A DNA stretch of 64,000 nucleotides from Octopus vulgaris (Eukaryota): contig OX597820.1 in assembly GCA_951406725.2 (NCBI GenBank), forward strand, positions 30,070,001 to 30,134,000, given 5' to 3'. Shown piece by piece: positions 41,620 through 54,289 of the stretch. Positions within the stretch are counted from its first letter, which is position 1, and the number at the start of each line of letters is the position of its first letter. Made by a program: the position numbers and the translations under genes. Under the pieces are notes generated by a model. It was not told the origin of the DNA and made no database searches. It saw nothing but the letters and a program-made list of their open reading frames with translations.

Positions 41620-41847
41620 GAATATCGGTTTCAAATTTTGGTACAAGGCCAGCAATTTCAGGGGAGGGGGTTAGGGTTAGGATTAGGTTACATCGAACCC
41701 AGTACTCAACTGGTACGTATTTTATCGACCCCGAAAGAATGAAAGGCAAAATCGACCCTGGCGGCATTTGAACTCGGAACGTAAAAATAGACGAAATGTC
41801 ACAAAGCATTTTTCCAGCATGCTAACGATTCTACCACCTCGCCGCCC
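41620..41847 (-). mobile_element. SINE family A with 12-bp TSD
   Basis: ttagtcattgac on both sides (about 41608 and 41848). Confidence 0.85.
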
Positions 41848-41877
41848 TTAGTCATTGACTAATGTTGTATTTTCTTC

Positions 41878-42230
41878 AGGGCGGCGAGCTGGCAGAATCG
41901 TTAGCACGCTGGACGAAATTCTTTGCGGTATTTCGTCTGCCGCTACGTTCTGAGTTCAAATTCCGCCGAGGTCGACTTTGCCTTTCATCCTTTCGGGGTC
42001 GATATAATCGACTTAATCCGTTTGTCTGTCCTTGTTTGTCTTCTCTGTGTTTAGTCCCTTGTGGGTAGTAAAGAAATAGGTATTTTGTCTGTCTTTACTT
42101 TCTGAGTTCAAATTCCGCTGCGATCGACTTTACCTTTCATCCTTTCGGGGTCGATAAATTAAGTACCAGTTGCGTAATCGACTAGCCCCTCCCCCGAAAT
42201 TTCAGGCTTTGTGCCTAGAGTAGAAAAGAA
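41878..42230 (+). mobile_element. SINE family A with reiterated body
   Basis: Head ggcggcgagctggcagaatcg; the core appears twice. Confidence 0.85.
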
Positions 42231-42314
42231 TATTGTATTTTCTTCTCTGCATATTTATTTCTGATTTTTTTTAATGCTCCCTAAATTAAAAACGCTAACA
42301 CTATCTTAAATAAT

Positions 42315-42530
42315 GTGGAGGCGCGTGACGTTGCACTCATGATCGTAACATTCTGGTTTCGATTCTCGGATCGGGCGATGCGTTGTGCTCTTGAGCAAAA
42401 CACTTCATTTCAAGTTGCTCCAGTCCACTCAGCTGGCAAAAATGAGTAATCCTGCGACAGACCGGCGTCCCGTTTAGCAATGGAATATATACGCCACGGA
42501 ACGCTGGAAACTGGCCTTACAAGTATAACT
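42315..42530 (+). mobile_element. Single-headed family D SINE, paralogue of the 24-headed copy
   Basis: Shares head variants (gcactcatgatcgtaacatt, gattctcggatc), body and about 60 bp of upstream flank with 43265-45148. The A-box region is deleted. Confidence 0.88.
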
Positions 42531-43338
42531 CGGGAATGAGTTTTATCGTTTTTTTTTTATCTTAACTATGTTGTTTTTTTTTTTATGTGGTTAGTAACAA
42601 TTCTAGTCTTTTTACGCTTGCCTTTGTACAGTCATCTATACATATAATTACTAGTTTCTTCATCACTACTTCGTTAAGTATGACAGAGGCTGTGCATCAC
42701 TGATGAGATCATACCAAAACCGAAACACGCTCGGAGTTACCTCCCGTACTTGCTGGAATAATTAAAATATTGATTTTGCTTCTTTTTTTTTTTCTCACAA
42801 CATAAATGTTTCTAGTCATCTGTTTTTATGTTCTAGTTAGCTGTTTGGTGTTCCCTATAACAAATACGATACCACTAACATAGCAACATTAACTATGTTA
42901 CTACAAGAACTAAATTTCCTTTAAATTATGTATTTTTGCATTGGGAAAGAAAGGGACTCGCCGGATGGGATAATACTTTTTTATATTAGATTGAGCTGGA
43001 GAAAGGAGTCATGCTCATAGCTTTAATATTCACTTGCAGTGTGATCGACACGATTAACGTTCTTCTTGAACACTTGCAAGTCGACGACTCCAAGGAAAAT
43101 ATGCAGAATCAGATTACCAGAGGAACGTCTCTATGGAGACGTCCTTCTGGCGCAGTGGTTAATGCGAGGCCTAAATAAAGGGACCCTAATGTTACTGAAA
43201 ACAACGATAGAGATGAGTGAGTCTTTTATATTGTTTGGTCAGGCAAAAAGAATTCCCCGTGGCCCTTTATTTCTGATTATTTTTTTTTTAAGCTCCCTGA
43301 ATTAAAAATGCTAATATTATCTTAAATAAGGTGGAGGC

Positions 43339-45040
43339 GCGTGACTTAATGGTTCGGGTGTTGCACTCATGATCGTAACATTGTGGCCTCGATTCTCGGA
43401 TCAGGCGATGCGTGACTTAGTGGTTAGGGTGCTGCACTCATGATCGTAACATTGTGGCTTCGATTCTCGGATCAGGCGATGCGTGACTTATTGGTTAGGG
43501 TGTTGCATTCATGATCGTAACATTGTGGCTTCGATTCTCGGATCAGGCGATGCGTGACTTAGTGGTTAGGGTGTTGCACTCATGATCGTAACATTGTGGC
43601 TTCGATTCTCGGATCAGGCGATGCGTAACTTATTGGTTAGGGTGTTGCACTCATGATCGTAACATTGTGGCTTCGATTCTCGGATCAGGCGATGCGTGAC
43701 TTAGTGGTTAGGGTGTTGCACTGATGATCGTAACATTGTGACTTCGATTCTCGGATCAGGCGATGCATGACTTAGTGGTTAGGGTGTTGCACTCATGATC
43801 GTAACATTGTGGCTTCGATTCTCGGATCAGGCGATGCGTGACTTAGTGGTTAGGGTGTTGCACTCATGATCGTAACATTGCGGCTTCGATTCTCGGATCA
43901 GGCGATGCGTGACTTAGTGGTTAGGGTGTTGCATTCATGATCGTAACATTGTGGCTTCGATTCTCGGATCAGGCGATGCGTGACTTAGTGGTTAGGGTGT
44001 TGCACTCATGATCGTAACATTGTGGCTTCGATTCTCGGATCAGGCGATGCGTAACTTATTGGTTAGGGTGTTGCACTCATGATCGTAACATTGTGGCTTC
44101 GATTCTCGGATCAGGCGATGCGTGACTTAGTGGTTAGGGTGTTGCACTGATGATCGTAACATTGTGACTTCGATTCTCGGATCAGGCGATGCATGACTTA
44201 GTGGTTAGGGTGTTGCACCATGATCGTAACATTGTGGCTTCGATTCTCGGATCAGGCGATGCGTGACTTAGTGGTTAGGGTGTTGCACTCATGATCGTAA
44301 CATTGCGGCTTCGATTCTCGGATCAGGCGTGCGTGACTTAGTGGTTAGGGTGCTGCACTCATGATCGTAACATTGTGGCCTCGATTCTCGGATCAGGCGA
44401 TGCGTGACTTAGTGGTTAGGGTGTTGCACTCATGATCGTAACATTGTGGCCTCGATTCTCGGATCAGGCGATGCGTGACTTAGTGGTTAGGGTGTTGCAC
44501 TCATGATCGTAACATTGTGGCTTCGATTCTCGGATCAGGCGATGCGTGACTTAGTGGTTAGGGTGTTGCACTCATGATCGTAACATTGCGGCTTCGATTC
44601 TCGGATCAGGCGATGCGTGACTTAGTGGTTAGGGTGTTGCACTCATGATCGTAACATTGTGGCCTCGATTCTCGGATCAGGCGATGCGTGACTTAGTGGT
44701 TAGGGTGTTGCACTCATGATCGTAACATTGTGGCCTCGATTCTCGGATCAGGCGATGCGTGACTTAGTGGTTAGGGTGTTGCACTCATGATCGTAACATT
44801 GTGGCCTCGATTCTCGGATCAGGCGATGCGTGACTTAGTGGTTAGGGTGTTGCACTCATGATCGTAACATTGTGGCTTCGATTCTCGAATCAGGCGATGC
44901 GTGACTTAGTGGTTAGGGTGTTGCACTCATGATCGTAACATTGTGGCTTCGATTCTCGGATCAGGTGATGCGTGACTTAGTGGTTAGGGTGTTGCACTCA
45001 TGATCGTAACATTGTGGCTTCGATTCTCGGATTGGGCGAT
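43339..45040 (+). repeat. Tandem array of 24 x 71-bp tRNA-like SINE heads
   Basis: Unit gcgtgacttagtggttagggtgttgcactcatgatcgtaacattgtggcttcgattctcggatcaggcgat. It starts after gtggaggc (43331), and the last unit runs into a normal SINE body ending near 45148. Confidence 0.96.
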
Positions 45041-45512
45041 GCGTTGTGTTCTTGAGCAAAACACTTCATTTCACGTTGCTCCAGTCAACACAGCAGGCAA
45101 AAATGAGTAATCTTGCGACAGACCGGCATCCCGTTTAGCAATAGAAACTGGTGGAATTGAGAGAAAATGTATCCTCAAACAAGACACCCGACCCGAATGC
45201 TAACAACTCAGTAGGCTCCGTAAAAAAGTGCCCAAATAGCAGCTGGTGGTGTTAAATCGGGGTTGCGGGTTTATTTCGTTTCTCTGAATCGACGAGGCAA
45301 GCGACCAGCCAGATTCGAGATGCAGCGGTTATTAAAGTATCGGTTGGAAAGAGAGAAAGAACAGACAGCAGATCGGTGAGTCGGACGGAGGCTGGAGCGT
45401 GTTGGGTGAGGCCACTTCGGTAAAATACTTCTAAAAAATACAGGTGGGTCTTAGCTGGAATGACTTCAGTCATGGTCCTGCGCAATGAGGTCCGACCTGG
45501 AGCTAAACAACA

Positions 45513-45516
45513 GCTA

Positions 45517-45566
<50 letters not shown>

Positions 45567-45804
45567 ATTGCTGCTGCAGCTACCACTACCACTACTACAA
45601 TTTCTACCACCACCACAACACTACCGTCACTACGGCACTACCACCACCTTCACTACTACTACTACTACTACTATCACCACCACCACCATCACTACCGCCA
45701 CTACAATTACCACCACTACTACTAATGCAACCTTCACTACCACTACTACTATATCACCATCACTACTACAACTTCTACCACTACTGCTGCTGCTGCTGCT
45801 GCTG

Positions 45805-45871
<67 letters not shown>

Positions 45872-45884
45872 TGCTACTACTACT
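45513..45884. repeat. (CTA)n/(CTG)n/(CCA)n compound trinucleotide tract
   Basis: Direct reading. Confidence 0.95.
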
Positions 45885-46579
45885 AAAGTTTTCTTAGCTA
45901 GGTGCAGTATGTTAAAAGTCAATTCTGACAGCTATTTTGCATCATCCGTTTAATAATTACGACAGACGAATCTGTTCCATGAAAACCGACCTTATGGACC
46001 CATGTCATTCCTGAAAGGATTTACCGCCATTTACATTATATAGTTATGTCATTTAATCAACTAAAGTATGTGGACGATGTTGGTCGCATAGTTTGTCAAA
46101 GAAAATTCTTATCTTTATTGTGATTTATAATCGCACCTTTCAGCTAACGCAAGCGATTAGGTGTGTTACCATAGAAAAACAGGAACTCACTCTCTCACTC
46201 TCACTCTCATTTTTCTATCTTTCTATCTATCTGTCTGTCTCTCCCTCTGTGTCTGTATCTATATGTAGATTTTTATGAGATTGAAGTCGCTTGTAGCCAA
46301 GACTTCGCTTAGCGAGACATCCCTGAAGTTGTCAACGTAACTGCCAAAGATCAGGCACGAAGTTCTCCCTCTTACCTCCTTTGAAAATAATTTCCATGAA
46401 ATACAATGATTTTCCTTCTATTTATGATAATAATTAAAAATTATCTTTTAGTTTAGCACCATAATACTCAAGTATTCAAGTATGATGACCTGCAAATATA
46501 TATAATTGAGTCAAGGACCTATAATCTTTTAAGGGATGTTAGCATCGTAGTTCTCCGCCGGTTTATACTAGTATTCTGA

Positions 46580-46706
46580 GTCACGATGAATCTCCCTGAG
46601 AACTACGTTTGGAGTGCTCAGCCACTTGTACGATAATTTCACGAGTAGGCTGTTCCGTTGATCGTATCAGCTGGGACCCTCGTCGTCGTAACCGACGGAG
46701 TGCTCC
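46580..46706 (+). mobile_element. Isolated SINE 3' tail (shared with 51083 and 60078)
   Basis: gaatctccc.gagaactacg..ggagtgctcagccacttg..cgtcgtaaccgacggagtgc. Confidence 0.8.
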
Positions 46707-46708
46707 TT

Positions 46709-46783
<75 letters not shown>

Positions 46784-46863
46784 TAATCCAAACAAGAAAA
46801 CAAAAAACAACAACGCAAGGATGTGGAATGCATATATATATATATACACACACATATACAATC

Positions 46864-46910
<47 letters not shown>

Positions 46911-47125
46911 TACGTATATATGCATGTATATATGTATATATATATATATGTATGTACATGTATAGATAAATATGTATATACATATATAAATATATATTTA
47001 TACCTATACATATATAAATATATATTTATACATATACATATATATATGTATATATATGCAAGTATGCATGCATGTATGCATATATATATATATATACACA
47101 CACACGCACATACACACACACACAT

Positions 47126-47213
<88 letters not shown>

Positions 47214-47297
47214 TTTTAAGCCGTAGTTTTTCTGTCCCTTACCTCCGCGTCTTTTATAAACATAAGGCTAGTGTTTAATGTTAGTAAATACTTACTT

Positions 47298-47355
<58 letters not shown>

Positions 47356-47368
47356 AATCTTTCTAAGC

Positions 47369-47443
<75 letters not shown>

Positions 47444-48172
47444 CAGACAGATAGATAGACAAATAGATATGTGTGAATATACTCAATGAGCTTCCACACA
47501 GTTTCCGCCTACCGAATTCATTCAGAGGGTATTGGTTGACCCGGGGTGATGGTAGACTGAATTTAATTCATGGCGCCTTTTTCAAACTCGAAACACTAGT
47601 TAACTGTCTAGTATTAATGTAGTTTACAATGGTGGCCTCTACCTATGCTATCCTATGTTATCTATTAACTGCGGCAGACAGAATGGACGCCAGTTTATTG
47701 ATAACTAATGAGATATTGAAACACCATAGGTCGAACTGATTATTATATATCATATATTATTGCGATCAATAGTGTGGTTGCTTATAGATTTCCAACGGGT
47801 CAATCACTGATGTATTGCATTTCTGGTGGCGAGAGTGACAAGGAAGTGTCTGTATGATTCGGACGATGATAACTGTTCACCGATGGTTTTCTGGCCATTA
47901 TGTTACTCCTTCGTCATAAAAGCATATGCGTTTTTTGTGCGTATCTGCGTGTATGTGTGTGTGTATGTGTGTGTCCGTGTGCGTATCTGTGTGAGGATAT
48001 GAGTGCGCGTTCGTGTGTGTGTGCGTGCGTGCATTGTATTTCCGTTGCAGTACGATGTGGACTACTTTCATATTTAGTACTCAACACATGCTATTAGTGT
48101 GGAAGTTTGTACTTTTTATATTCAAAAGTGGCACTTGATAATGACCTGTGATCGAAACAATCGTTGTAATAG

Positions 48173-48248
<76 letters not shown>

Positions 48249-48286
48249 TATATATATATATGTATATATATATACACACACACACG

Positions 48287-48333
<47 letters not shown>

Positions 48334-48519
48334 GAAACAGGTTTCAAAGGAAACAAGACTACACGTGGTCTAAATAGGGGGAAAAGTAAAAAGAAACAAA
48401 GAAAATGCATACCAAGTATAAAAGTAATGCCTTTTTAAAATATAAAAACAAAGATATACATATAAATAAATGGTTTGAGGTGGAATTAAGAAGTATAAAA
48501 ATCATTATCATGAGTCAAT

Positions 48520-49850
48520 AGAGAAAGTCATACCGGTTTCGTCATCGCTGTTCACTGACTTTGAATCAACACCGATTTCCAAACGGTGTTGGGTCTAATA
48601 GTACCTGAGTGAAAAGATTGCATGCAAGGGAGGTAAGCTGTTCTGTAAGTGATGCAATTAGACTAATATGATTAATAGAGTATGAATGGTATATGGGATA
48701 TATGAGGATTAGCGGGACTATTGGTATTAGAAATGTTAGTAGTGTCCTGTATTAAGTTGTGGTTATTAATGAAAGTTGCCTCTCTATTTAGTTTTTGCTG
48801 CACTGAGGTGTTCTGGGAACATTGATAAAAAGGGAAAATTAGGAAGTTTTGTTTAAGGTTCCAACAACATCTATCTATGTGCTCACTGACCTGTATCTGT
48901 CTATACTGTGGGAAACGGATTTGTTCTTTGTGGTGATGGTGGCGGTGGTTTTGGTGGAAGATGATGTTGGTGGTGGAAGATAGTGCTGGTGCCGTATGTT
49001 ATAATGTTGGTTGTAGTCACCGTAGTGTTTTCATAGGAGCCACCGGCCCATCTCCGATCGACTGTAAATTTTCGGGTTGGAGGCGATAGATCAATATTGC
49101 TTCTTTGATACGAAGATTTCCAGTGTTCTTCTCCGAGGCCAGTATGGGGGCGTGTATCTCTTTGATGGTGTTACCGCATTTGGTCATGTGTTTGCGGAAG
49201 GAAGGCTGGTCGGTTCTGAGATACTCCTTCACTCGGACGTAGTGTGGTCGGACTGTGCTACCGATGTAACAGTTGTTGCATTTGGAGCATCATATTTGGT
49301 ATACTACTTATGTACGTAGTGTTGCGAATAGGGCAGTTCACCAGTGTACAGGGTTGTTGTTCTGCGTGTGACTACCTTGTTGATGGGTGCTTATGTAGGG
49401 ACAGCCCCTAATGGGCCAGTAGGGTGTGGTGTCCTTCCTTGCAAATGACCTTGTAAATGGCTGAGGTGATCTTCTTATTGAAATGGGTATTCTTCAAGAA
49501 GAAGGTCTTAGAGAGATCGCTCTTGTATGGAGTTAATAACGGACGTCGGACATCCGTTGGTCTCAAGTAGCTTGAAGAACTGAGCAACATATGCGTCACG
49601 GCTGGTATTGTCTCTGCATCTTTTGTGCATCCGCACATTCTCATTATGCGTTCCCTAATGGTAAGGGTTAACTTGAGGTCCCGAAAAGCTGATTTTCGGT
49701 AGAACATTGTGTTAATTTCCCTCGTCCGTGATATTTAGCCGAAAGTCAAGTAAGGAGAGGGAACCATTGCTGTTTGGGTATTCTACAGTGATGCTGATGT
49801 GATGGCCCATGTTACTGAAATTCTCTAATATTGTTTTGTCTATGGAGGGT
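48520..49850 (-). mobile_element. Penelope-like element relic (RT C-terminus, GIY-YIG endonuclease, 3' region)
   Basis: Minus strand: MFYRKSAF; KVVYQI*CSKCNNCYIGSTVRP..R.KEYL; ILASEKN..LRIKEAILI..LQP. A partial hammerhead 3' half, GAAACCGGTATGAC, lies at about 48527-48540. Confidence 0.82.
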
Positions 49851-50076
49851 CTTTATGCCTATAAAAATTAAAATAAACACACGCACAGGTTCAATACCAC
49901 TTCTTTATTTTACCAACTTACTATTCAATGGTTTGTTCAATGGATTGACTGAACAATCAATTGGTTGTTAGTTTTCTCTATCAGAGTCCTTTCGTTGCTA
50001 TTCGCTACTTCATCAATGACATACCTTCATTCTTCAAGGTCTGTTTTGAGTCTGTCTGAAAACTAATCTTATGCCT

Positions 50077-50800
50077 ATGTATGTATGTATGTATGTATGT
50101 ATGTATGTATGTATGTATGTATGTATGTATGTATGTATGCATGTATGCATGTATGTATGTATGTATGCATGTATGTATGTATGTATGTATGTATGTATGT
50201 AGGTATGCATGCATGTATGCATGTATGCATGTATGTATGTATGTACGTATGTATGCGTGCATGTATGCATGTATGTATGTATGTATGCATGTATGTATGT
50301 ATGTATGTATGTATGTATGTATGTATGCATGCATGTATGCATATATGCATGTATGTATGTATGTATGCATGTACGTATGTATGCGTGCATGTATGCATGC
50401 ATGTATGCATGCATGTATGTATGTATGTATGTATGTATGCATGTATGTATGTATGTATGTATGTATGTATGTATGTATGTATGTATGTATGCGTGCATGT
50501 ATGCATGCATGTATGCATGTATGCATGTATGTATGTATGTATGTATGTATGTATGTATGTATGTATGTGTGTATGTATGTATGTATGCATGCATGCATGC
50601 ATGTATGTATGTATGTATGTATGCATGCAGGTATGTATGTATGTATGTATGTATGTATGTATGTATGTATGTATGTATGCATGCATGTATGTATGCATGT
50701 ATGTATGCATGCATGCATGCATGTATGTATGTATGTATGTATGCATGCAGGTATGTATGTATGTATGTATGTATTTATGTATGTATGTATGTATGTATGT
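50077..50800. repeat. ~720-bp (ATGT)n/(ATGC) tetranucleotide array
   Basis: Direct reading; identical 60-bp variant blocks start at 50581 and 50701. Confidence 0.97.
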
Positions 50801-51082
50801 ATAAGAACAGGAAACGGTTGTCGATACTCTGCCAACATGCCAGAGATCAACGGACTGGCGCGTTAATTCAAATTAATATTGAAATCTTGTCTAAACACTC
50901 GTGAGATTCATCGTAAGAGATAAGTGAGTTGGTTCTCATAAACGTGACAATGCTAACACGAAATAGTAAATCTCCATAGTAAATAATAGAACCACATCAC
51001 CACTGCCGCAATACAAACAATGTTGGTGTATGTGGATCCGTGTGGGTAGGAAGGCATGTGTGGGTACGGATAGGTATATTAA

Positions 51083-51398
51083 CTGGCACTCCGTCGGTTA
51101 CGACGATGAATTTTCCAGTTGATCCGATCTACGGAACAGCCTGCTCGTGAAATTAACGGGCAAGTAATTGAGTATTCCACAGGCACGCATACCCTTAACG
51201 TAGTTCTCAAGCAGATTCAGCGTGACACAGGACGTGGCAAGGCTGGCCCTTTGAGTTACAGGTTAAACTCATTTTTGCCAGATGAGCGGACAGGAGTAAC
51301 GTGAAATAAAGTGTCTTGCTTAAGGACACAAGGCACTGCCAGGAATCGAACTCACGACCGTGAACAGAATACCCTAACCACTAAGCCACGTTCCCTCA
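51083..51398 (-). mobile_element. Family D-like head joined to the family C tail
   Basis: Head ..accctaaccactaagccacg (revcomp); tail ctggcactccgtcggttacgacg. Confidence 0.78.
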
Positions 51399-51579
51399 CA
51401 AGTAGGCATACATAGAATAGTATTAGCAGGAGACACAGAAATCCATAAAGATAAATACATGTAATTATAAACAATTCCAACGCACAACGATACACATTCC
51501 ATCCATGCACACGCATACACACACGAAAATTCACACATACAACAACACACGACCACACGCACCTCTACGCCCGAAACTG

Positions 51580-51969
51580 TCTATATATATAAAGCTGAAG
51601 TTGTCTGTGTGTGGCAGGTTTGGTAGCCTTCAACTAACACTATCTCCTCCGAGACCCTGTGGCGCAAGTTGACCAAAATTGAGTGTATGATAGAAGAAGG
51701 CTTGCTCTTCATTCCGTAGAAGAAAAAATTCAAATCGGACCATGTTAACACCAAAAATTATTTACATCAAAAAGGTGCTTTTTTCTATGAAAATCCCTAT
51801 TTTTTTACGATTTTTTTACTGTTGTGTCGCCATTTTTCGGTGTATTTCAACCAGAAAAATGTTCACTTAAAGAGAATAACAAGCTACATAATGCAAAATT
51901 TTTACTTTTCAGAAATTTCAATTCTAAAGGGTCGAAACAAACTCGAGCAACACCGGGCGATACTGCTAG
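51580..51969 (+). mobile_element. Non-autonomous Helitron
   Basis: 5' TCtatatatataaagctgaagttgtctgtgtg; 3' imperfect GC hairpin ctcgagcaacaccggg, then CTAG followed by T. Confidence 0.78.
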
Positions 51970-52506
51970 TTAGTGTAAAAACTACAAGACACTCAAACCC
52001 AGAAAATGTCTCGCAGTGGAATAGAACGCGGAGCCACGTGCTTATGAAACGAGCATCTTAACGACGCACCCCATGACTGCTCCCTTATGACGAAAGCTAG
52101 CAAAACAATAGAACTAGGTCAGAATCATTGTTATGTCATATAAGCCATGTAAGTGACATGATGACGTGTTAGCTACGTCCTGATTCATCCAGCAAAGAAT
52201 ACGGAGAAGGAAGAGGAGGAGGAGAGAGAGTAAAGAAAACAGAACAAAACAATAAAGAAAAGCTGTCATTTTGAAATATAATGGAAATCACATGATGTCA
52301 GAAGCAGGATTGTTTACTAGTTTGTCACAGTTTTCACTACACTCCCTGCAGGAACATATTAATTTTATTTCGCTACACATATTTAATTAGCCACCTACGA
52401 ACCGAACAAGGGAACACGTGTAAGTGGTTGAAAGATTTGTTAGAAATAGCAGCCGAGTATCTATGATATCCAAGAAGAACGAGTTTTGAAAAGAAATTAA
52501 AATAAA

Positions 52507-52664
52507 AGGAGTGACTGTGTTGTAAGTAGCTTGCTTGCGAACCACATAGTTCCGGGTTCAGTCCTACTGCGTAGCACTTTGGGCAAGTGTCTTCTACTAT
52601 AGCCTCGGGACGACCAAAGCCTTGTGAGTGGATTTGGTAGACGGAAACTGAAAGAAGCCCGTCG

Positions 52665-52698
<34 letters not shown>

Positions 52699-52918
52699 TG
52701 TATGTATGTATGTGTGAGTATATGTTTGTGTGTCTGTGTTTGTCCCCCCCCCAACATCGTTTGACCATTGATGCTGGTGTGTTTACATCCCCGTAACTAG
52801 CGGTTCGGCAAAAGAGACCGAGAGAATAAGTACTAGTCCTGGGGCCGATTTGCTCGACTAAAGGCGGTGCTCCAGCATGACCATAGTCACATGACTGAAA
52901 CAAGTAAAAGAGTAAAAG
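52507..52918 (+). mobile_element. SINE family B with internal (ATGT)n
   Basis: Complete head and tail. Confidence 0.88.
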
Positions 52919-53214
52919 ATAAATAGGTTTGAGATGGTCACTGCTGGAAATCCTTTGAATGTATGTCCGTTTGGTCGTGGCGAAACAATTACAATAACAG
53001 CTTCACATGAGTCGGTGAGATATGATGCCTCGGGGTAAAAGAAACAGGGCCACCTAATCTGCTAGAAATAACAGACAAATCTCCTTCAAATGTCGCACAT
53101 GCCGTCTTAAGAAAGGACACATTTGAAGCAATAATCAAGGATACGATATTCCTGTCAGTTATGGCAGGATGGTCTTGACCAGAATAGCCTTAAACAGAGT
53201 TAATTCAGATGAAG

Positions 53215-53500
53215 TGAAGGTGCATGGCTCGGTGGTTAGAGTGTCGTGCTTACAGTTGTGTGTGGAGTTCTTGATGCTCTTAAGCAAGCCACTTTATTTC
53301 ACGTTGTTCCAAGGCACTCAGCTGTAGAAATGAGTTGCGACGTCACTGATGCCAAGCCTTTTCCTTTCCCGTGAACATCGTCCATGGAGAAGGGAGCCCG
53401 GTATACATGGGTGACTGCTAGTCTTCCTTAAATAACCTTTGCCCGGACTTGCGCCTCGGAGGGGAACTTTCTAGGAGCAATCCCATGATCATTCGTGACA
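53215..53500 (+). mobile_element. Diverged family D-like head with another tail type
   Basis: gcatggctcggtggttagagtg..ctttatttcacgttg..cactcagctgtagaaatgag, then a tail not seen in other copies here. Confidence 0.6.
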
Positions 53501-53559
53501 AAAGTGCCACGAATGACCCATGATCATTCGTGGCACTTTGCTACTATTCGGTTTCGACT

Positions 53560-53870
53560 TCAGTCTCATTGCGTGGAACCTTGGGCAAGTGTCTTCTACC
53601 ATAGCCTCGGGCCGACTAATGCCCTGTGAGGGAATTTGGTATACGAAAACTATTTGGAGAGCTGTTTTAGATAGGTAGATAGCTAGAGAGAGAGAAACAG
53701 AGAGAGGGAGATAGATGTCATGGCTGTGTGGTAAAAAGTCTGCTTCCCAACCATATGGTTCCAGGTTCAGCCCCACTACACGGCACCTTGGGCGGGTATC
53801 TTCTACTATAGCTGAGCAAAGCCTTGTGGGTCAATTCAGTAGACGGAAACTGAAAAAAACCCATCGTATA
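53560..53870 (+). mobile_element. Two family B head fragments
   Basis: ccttgggcaagtgtcttctac.atagcc and ggctgtgtggtaa..ggttcagcccc. Confidence 0.75.
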
Positions 53871-53892
53871 TAGTATATGTACATATCTACAA

Positions 53893-53961
<69 letters not shown>

Positions 53962-54018
53962 CATATATATATATATAATATACATATACATATATATATA
54001 TATATATAATATACATAT

Positions 54019-54107
<89 letters not shown>

Positions 54108-54289
54108 ATATACATATATATACATATATATATATATACACACACTATATACATATACTCGAATCAAAACAACGATACTAACAAGATCATGTCAGTAAAT
54201 GTGTCTTTACTTATTCGTTCAATGTACTGGAAACAGCAGTTAAGTCACCCTCATCTTGCTCCTTTCTGTAATTTTTTCCTTTCTGCTAT

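Noticed and set aside
42695-42740. Plus-strand hammerhead CTGATGA..GAAAC
   Set aside because: Stems I and II do not pair and the cleavage triplet is disrupted; at most a decayed relic.
43115-43150. 15-bp-arm hairpin as a terminator
   Set aside because: Eukaryotic context, no U-tract and imperfect arms; no supportable function.
43339-45040. CRISPR array
   Set aside because: Units are contiguous with no unique spacers, there are no cas genes, the context is eukaryotic, and the unit is a SINE head.
43339-45040. Cluster of functional tRNA-Met genes
   Set aside because: CAT sits at the anticodon position, but the acceptor and T stems do not pair and the anticodon stem needs a bulge; the array is continuous with a SINE body.
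43339-45040. Interstitial telomeric repeat
   Set aside because: Only one TTAGGG per 71-bp unit, and it is part of the D-loop/A-box region.
50005-50904. Long ORFs of 220-280 aa in several frames
   Set aside because: Translation of (ATGT)n, which lacks stop codons; not genes.
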